A DNA stretch of 64,000 nt from the human T2T-CHM13v2.0 reference genome, Homo sapiens. The notes under the pieces are model-generated. The model worked only from the letters and a program-made list of their open reading frames with translations. It made no database searches and was not told where the DNA came from. The stretch's first letter is position 1; each line of letters starts with the position of its first letter. Of this stretch, positions 58,901 through 64,000 are shown piece after piece. Position numbers and translations under genes: made by a program. The stretch lies in the NCBI RefSeq assembly GCF_009914755.1, contig NC_060927.1. The stretch is one strand, 5' to 3'.

Positions 58901-61306
58901 GTAAGGTTTCAGAATATAAGATAAATATTTTAAAATATCAATTGCATTCTATATAATAGCAGGGAAGATTTAGAAATTGAAATTTTAAAGCAGAATTACT
59001 TACAGTAGCATCAAAAAAAAAAAAAAACACTTAGGCTGGGCGCGGTGGCTCACGCCTGTAATCCCAGCACTTTGGGAGGCCGAGGTGGTCGGATCACAAG
59101 GTCAGGAGATCGAGACCATCCTGGCTAACATGGTGAAATCCTGTCTCTACTAAAAATACAAAAACAAAATTAGCCAGGTGTGGTGGTGGGCACCTGTACT
59201 CCCAGCTACTCAGGAGGCTGGGAGATGGGAGAATGGCGTGAACCTGGCAGGCAGAGCTTGCAGTGAACCGAGATCGTGCCACTGTACTCCATCCAGCCTG
59301 GGCAACAGAGCGAGACTCCGTCTCAAAAAAAAAAAAAAAGAAAAAAATTACTTAGAGATAAACCTAAAAAATAGTGTAGAAGCTGCACACTAAAAAGCAT
59401 AAAACATTACGAAGAAAAATTAAAGAACTACATAAATGTACTGAGTTGACAGATCAGGATACTCTATATTGTTCAGATTTCAATCCTTGCCTAATACAGC
59501 TACAGATTCAATGCATATCCAGTCAGTATCCTCTCAGGTATTTATTTAAAGAAATAACCAAGTTTATTGCAATATTTATACGGAAAGAAAATAAAAAACA
59601 AAGAATAACCTATTTTCCCACCAGGCATCCACAGAGTTCCTATGCTCATATTTCATACTATATTTAGGATATAGAATTTCCCCTAACTAAAGTCATTTGC
59701 TCTATGCTCATTGCTTAATATATGTACATTGGATGATTGTACATTTTTTAAACCACATACAATCATATTTTATTAAAAGCAATGATTGACATAAATACAT
59801 TCAATTAAAATAATTTTTTGTTTGGCCTGTTGGGAAGAATCAAGAAATTCACATATCAATATATAAATTTACCATGTAACCCTTTATCTAAAAAAGAAAA
59901 GTGTGAATCTATATTTCCTTACTTGTAAGCAATAGAAGTAATGAGGATATTCTTCTGCATATTTTGCACGCAGCTTCTGTCACTAACATCTGCTGCTCTT
60001 TATATGATGCTTATGTGAAGATATGTGCCAGTTATGGTAAGCTCTATGAAAAAAGGAAGATAGAACATGTGTGAACCAAAACCGTAAAATATGAATATCA
60101 GGATCCTATTTTTAAAGCACTGCCTATGTGTTATTTTATCACGCATTTACTCTAGTTTTGACTTCACCTATTTATGTGAATGTTTCCACAAAGTAATTAA
60201 CCAAAATCCATGTCATTTGGCCTCTTCACCCCGTACATTCTGCCAACACTTACTTGACCCGATCATCTCCCACATCCTGTGTGTGGCATGTCTCCAAAGC
60301 CTCCTAGAAATTCAGGGTTGATTTCTGCTGCACCTATTTGATTAGCTCATTTTGCAAGTTTCTGGGTCGATGCAGACGATCACAAAGCCCGCTTGGCCAA
60401 GGGACAGAAATCAATAAGGAGGGAGACAGCAGGAACGACAGGGGTCGGGTTCAGAAACCTTGCCACACAGTGCGCTGGCTTTGTTGAGCTTCATGGCACA
60501 GGCCCATGTTCTGTAAACTTTTCATCTGCACACAAATTGCATTTCACAGCGATACTAAAAGGGTGGGTTACTGATGGTGCATGTGGGAGGTATGTGCACA
60601 AATCCTGTTATCAGATAATGGGATTACCATGCATGCCTCCGGAGTATGCTTTGAAAGTTTACTCCCGAATCTACATATACAGCCATGGGCCAGCCATTTT
60701 ATAGCACAACAAATAAAACTGCTGCCAAATCACTTTTAAAGTGGCTATTATCGTCATTATTTCTGTCATCACTTCTGAGTCGGGCGGTAGGAACAGCCAT
60801 ATCCAGGTAAGCAGTATTTTCATCATACCCCCACCCACCCTGAGTAACACCAGATTGTTTCTTAGTGTTTGTTCTGAAGCCTATACAAAACTATAGGCCT
60901 TGAGGAAATAAAGAATAAAAATCAATGGGGAAAAAGGAAAATACCAGGTATTTTAGCAACACAGATAAGATGTCTTCTACAAAACTTATAACCAAAAAAA
61001 CTATTTTAAATGTTCATTTACCATTCATGTTGTCATTGGCTTCGGTGTAAGTTTTCACTTAGTCTTAGGTTATAGGCGGCACAGGTGCAGGTTCCAGCTT
61101 GTACCCATTTCAAAAATTTCATGTCCAAGACTTTTGCCCTCTTGTGGCTAAAAAGACCTCATACTGTGCTCCAACTTCACTACTCCAGGTGGAGAAATTG
61201 TTCTGTGTGGGAAGACCAGGCCATAATCCTCAGGACTATGGTAACTATTGATCAGAATCCCTGAACCAACAGTCATAATACACAATCTATCTGTTAAAAT
61301 AAAACT

Positions 61307-61600
<294 letters not shown>

Positions 61601-61619
61601 AAAAGAAAAACTTCAGACA

Positions 61620-61915
61620 GGCAGGAGCAATGGCTCACGCCTGTAATCTCAGCACTTTGGGAGGCCAAGGTGGGAGGATCACCTGAGGTCGGGAGTTTGA
61701 AACCATCCTGGCCAAATGGCAAAACCCTGTCTCTACTAAAAATACAAAAAAAAAAAAATTAGTCAGGCATGGTGGTGTGGACCTGTAGTCCCAGCTACTC
61801 GGGAGGCTGAGGACCCAGGAGGTGGAGGTTGCAGTGGGCCAAGATTACACCACTGCACTCCAGCCTAGGTGACTGAGCAAGACTGTCTCAAAAAGAAAAA
61901 AAAAAAAGAAAGAAA
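61620..61915 (+). mobile_element. Alu
   Basis: Dimer with a small internal deletion. Confidence 0.93.
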
Positions 61916-63480
61916 ACTTTGGACAAATTAAATTTAAGAAAGTTAAATTGAGCAAAGAACCATTTAAGAATTGGGCAGCCCCTAGAATTAGACTAGGTTC
62001 AGAGCAACTCCAGGACTGCCACATGTTTCAGATCATATTTATGGACAGAAAAAGGAAAATGATGTACAGAAACAGTTGGATTCGTTATAGCTCAGCATTT
62101 GCCTCATTCAAATACAGTTTGAACAGTTGGCCCCTTTGACTGGCCAAAACTCTGTGGTTGGTATAAGAGGTAGGTTATAGTCTGTTTACACATTCAGCTA
62201 GGTTACAGTTCACTATATATGGAGAACCCTTTAAGCTGAACTTAAAATATATAAGGAGGCAGCTTTAGGCTTGACTTAATTTAGCAATTCCACCTTTTGG
62301 TTAACCTCTCAAAACTGATTTTTTTTAGAGATTTTTTGACCCCTTTGAAAACTTTAGGCATTGATATCACTCTGTCACCATCATAAATGGACTTATTTGG
62401 TCTCAAATCCCACTAACAGTGGATTTTGTAAGGTGGGAATAAACAGAACAATAGAAAAAAAACTGATTAACATCAGGCTACTTCAGCCTACTTTTTTGTA
62501 AGGGCTAGAGGAGACTTCTTTATTATGCTGGAATCTCCTGTTTTCAGGAGGGAAAAAAAAACTGATCTATTTTAGGATGCACCTGCTTCCTCAAAGTTTC
62601 CATTTGATTACATCACATTTAGCATGAGTGACTCCATTTTGGTTTGGTTTGTTGGGGCCTCGTGCACAAGCTCAGTCCAAAATAATGGCTACTCATAATT
62701 TTGTTCAACAATTCCCCCCTTTTGGTCAGGTTCTTACCTGGGTGAGAATGTGACAAAAATGTAAGGCATTACCACCACTTTGTTACCATCATTTTGGGTT
62801 TCCAGTCTCAGCATGTCATTCATAGGTTATGGTGCCCTTGTGGTTATGCATTTCTTTGAGTTTTTGTCATTCCAGTCTAAGAGAAACAATTTGACATTTT
62901 ATAGATAGCTGTGGGCAAATATTTACAACTTTCAAGAAAATACAGCACACTGGGGAAACTACTATCGTGACCATCAGGAGGTCCAAGAGTTTGGAGTATG
63001 GTCCTTAGCCAGGGTCCCCATGAACCAAACCAAGTGAAATCAAGTAGATCAAAGAAAGAGCCAAATGAGGAGACTACTAATTTTAACTGAGCAGCCTGTT
63101 CATTAATCCCCTGCAACCAAGTCTCTGCAATGTCTGTGTATTCATCCACATGCAACAAGAATGTCAGCAACTGCATAGATTCTTGCATTTTCAGCCAGTA
63201 GGTAATCTAGAACAATTCTATTATCTAACACATCTATAGCAAGAGAATTTAAAGAAGTCTGTTATGCAACCATAGCTTTTGCAGTAAGATCTAGTATAAA
63301 GCCTATTAAGAGTAATAAATTTTTAATTTTACATCATTTACTCCAAATCATGGAAAAATAGACCTAAAAAATGATGCCCATTCAGAAGTGTGAAGGCCTC
63401 CTGGCAATGTTCTCTTTAACCTCTGATAAAGGTTAAGAGGAGTGAACCCTGTTCTGTTTCTCACTGATTATGGCTTGCAA
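61915..63480 (-). mobile_element. ERV1 LTR and env remnant
   Basis: Antisense polypurine tract AATTCCCCCTTTT near 62710; minus-strand ORF 62877-63188 with env TM-like WFGSWGPWLRTILQTLG. Confidence 0.7.
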
Positions 63481-63685
63481 CATATCAAAGATTTTTCCCT
63501 CAAATGCAATTTTATTTATTTGGAAATTATTCAGGAACGCAAATAAATTCTTTTTACATATTTATACTTAATGGATCATTTTTACTACAAATCATATGAT
63601 GAGAAATACAGTATTTGTATAAAGATAAATATACAATTTAGCGAGTGATATATCTGATGAGTATATAGTTTTACGTCAGTGAGTT

Positions 63686-64000
63686 TCTGGGGTTTTTGTT
63701 GTTGTTGCTGTTTTGTTTCATTTTTATTGTTTTTTGAGGCAGAGTCTTGCTCTGATCATGCCAGACTGGAGTACAGTGGCGTGATCACGGCTCACTGCAG
63801 CCTTAACTTTCTGGACTCAGGCAATCCTCACACCCTACCCTTGCACATAGCTGGGACTACAGGTGCGCCACTACACCCAGCTAATTTTTTTATTTTTTGT
63901 AGAAATGAGGTCTCGCTATATTGCCCAGGTTGGTCTTGACATCTGGGCTCAAGCAGTCCTCCCACCTTGGCCTCCCAAAGTGCTGGGATTACAGGTGTGA
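63686..64000 (-). mobile_element. AluJ-like, cut by the window end
   Basis: Alu body. Confidence 0.9.

Overview
This is primate (human-like) genomic DNA, rich in Alu, L1, L2, MIR and LTR elements, with no intact protein-coding gene. The main result comes from translating the + strand by hand through stops and frameshifts. From about 290 to 35450 it reads as a heavily decayed, intron-containing beta-spectrin-family gene. Motifs of spectrin repeats SR1-SR17 appear in the same order as in SPTBN1 (SR10 not found). The architecture is unusual: the actin-binding head (CH1-CH2-SR1) appears four times in tandem, and extra spectrin repeats follow SR17. The window also holds an orphan CpG island (~45170-46130), a PLA2G10 retrocopy lacking the catalytic segment (54703-55234), a large old L1 block (~49300-59600) and ERV1 remnants (~61900-63480). 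All comparisons with SPTBN1, SPTBN5, SPTAN1 and PLA2G10 use sequences recalled from memory. No search was run, and repeat subfamilies and boundaries are approximate.
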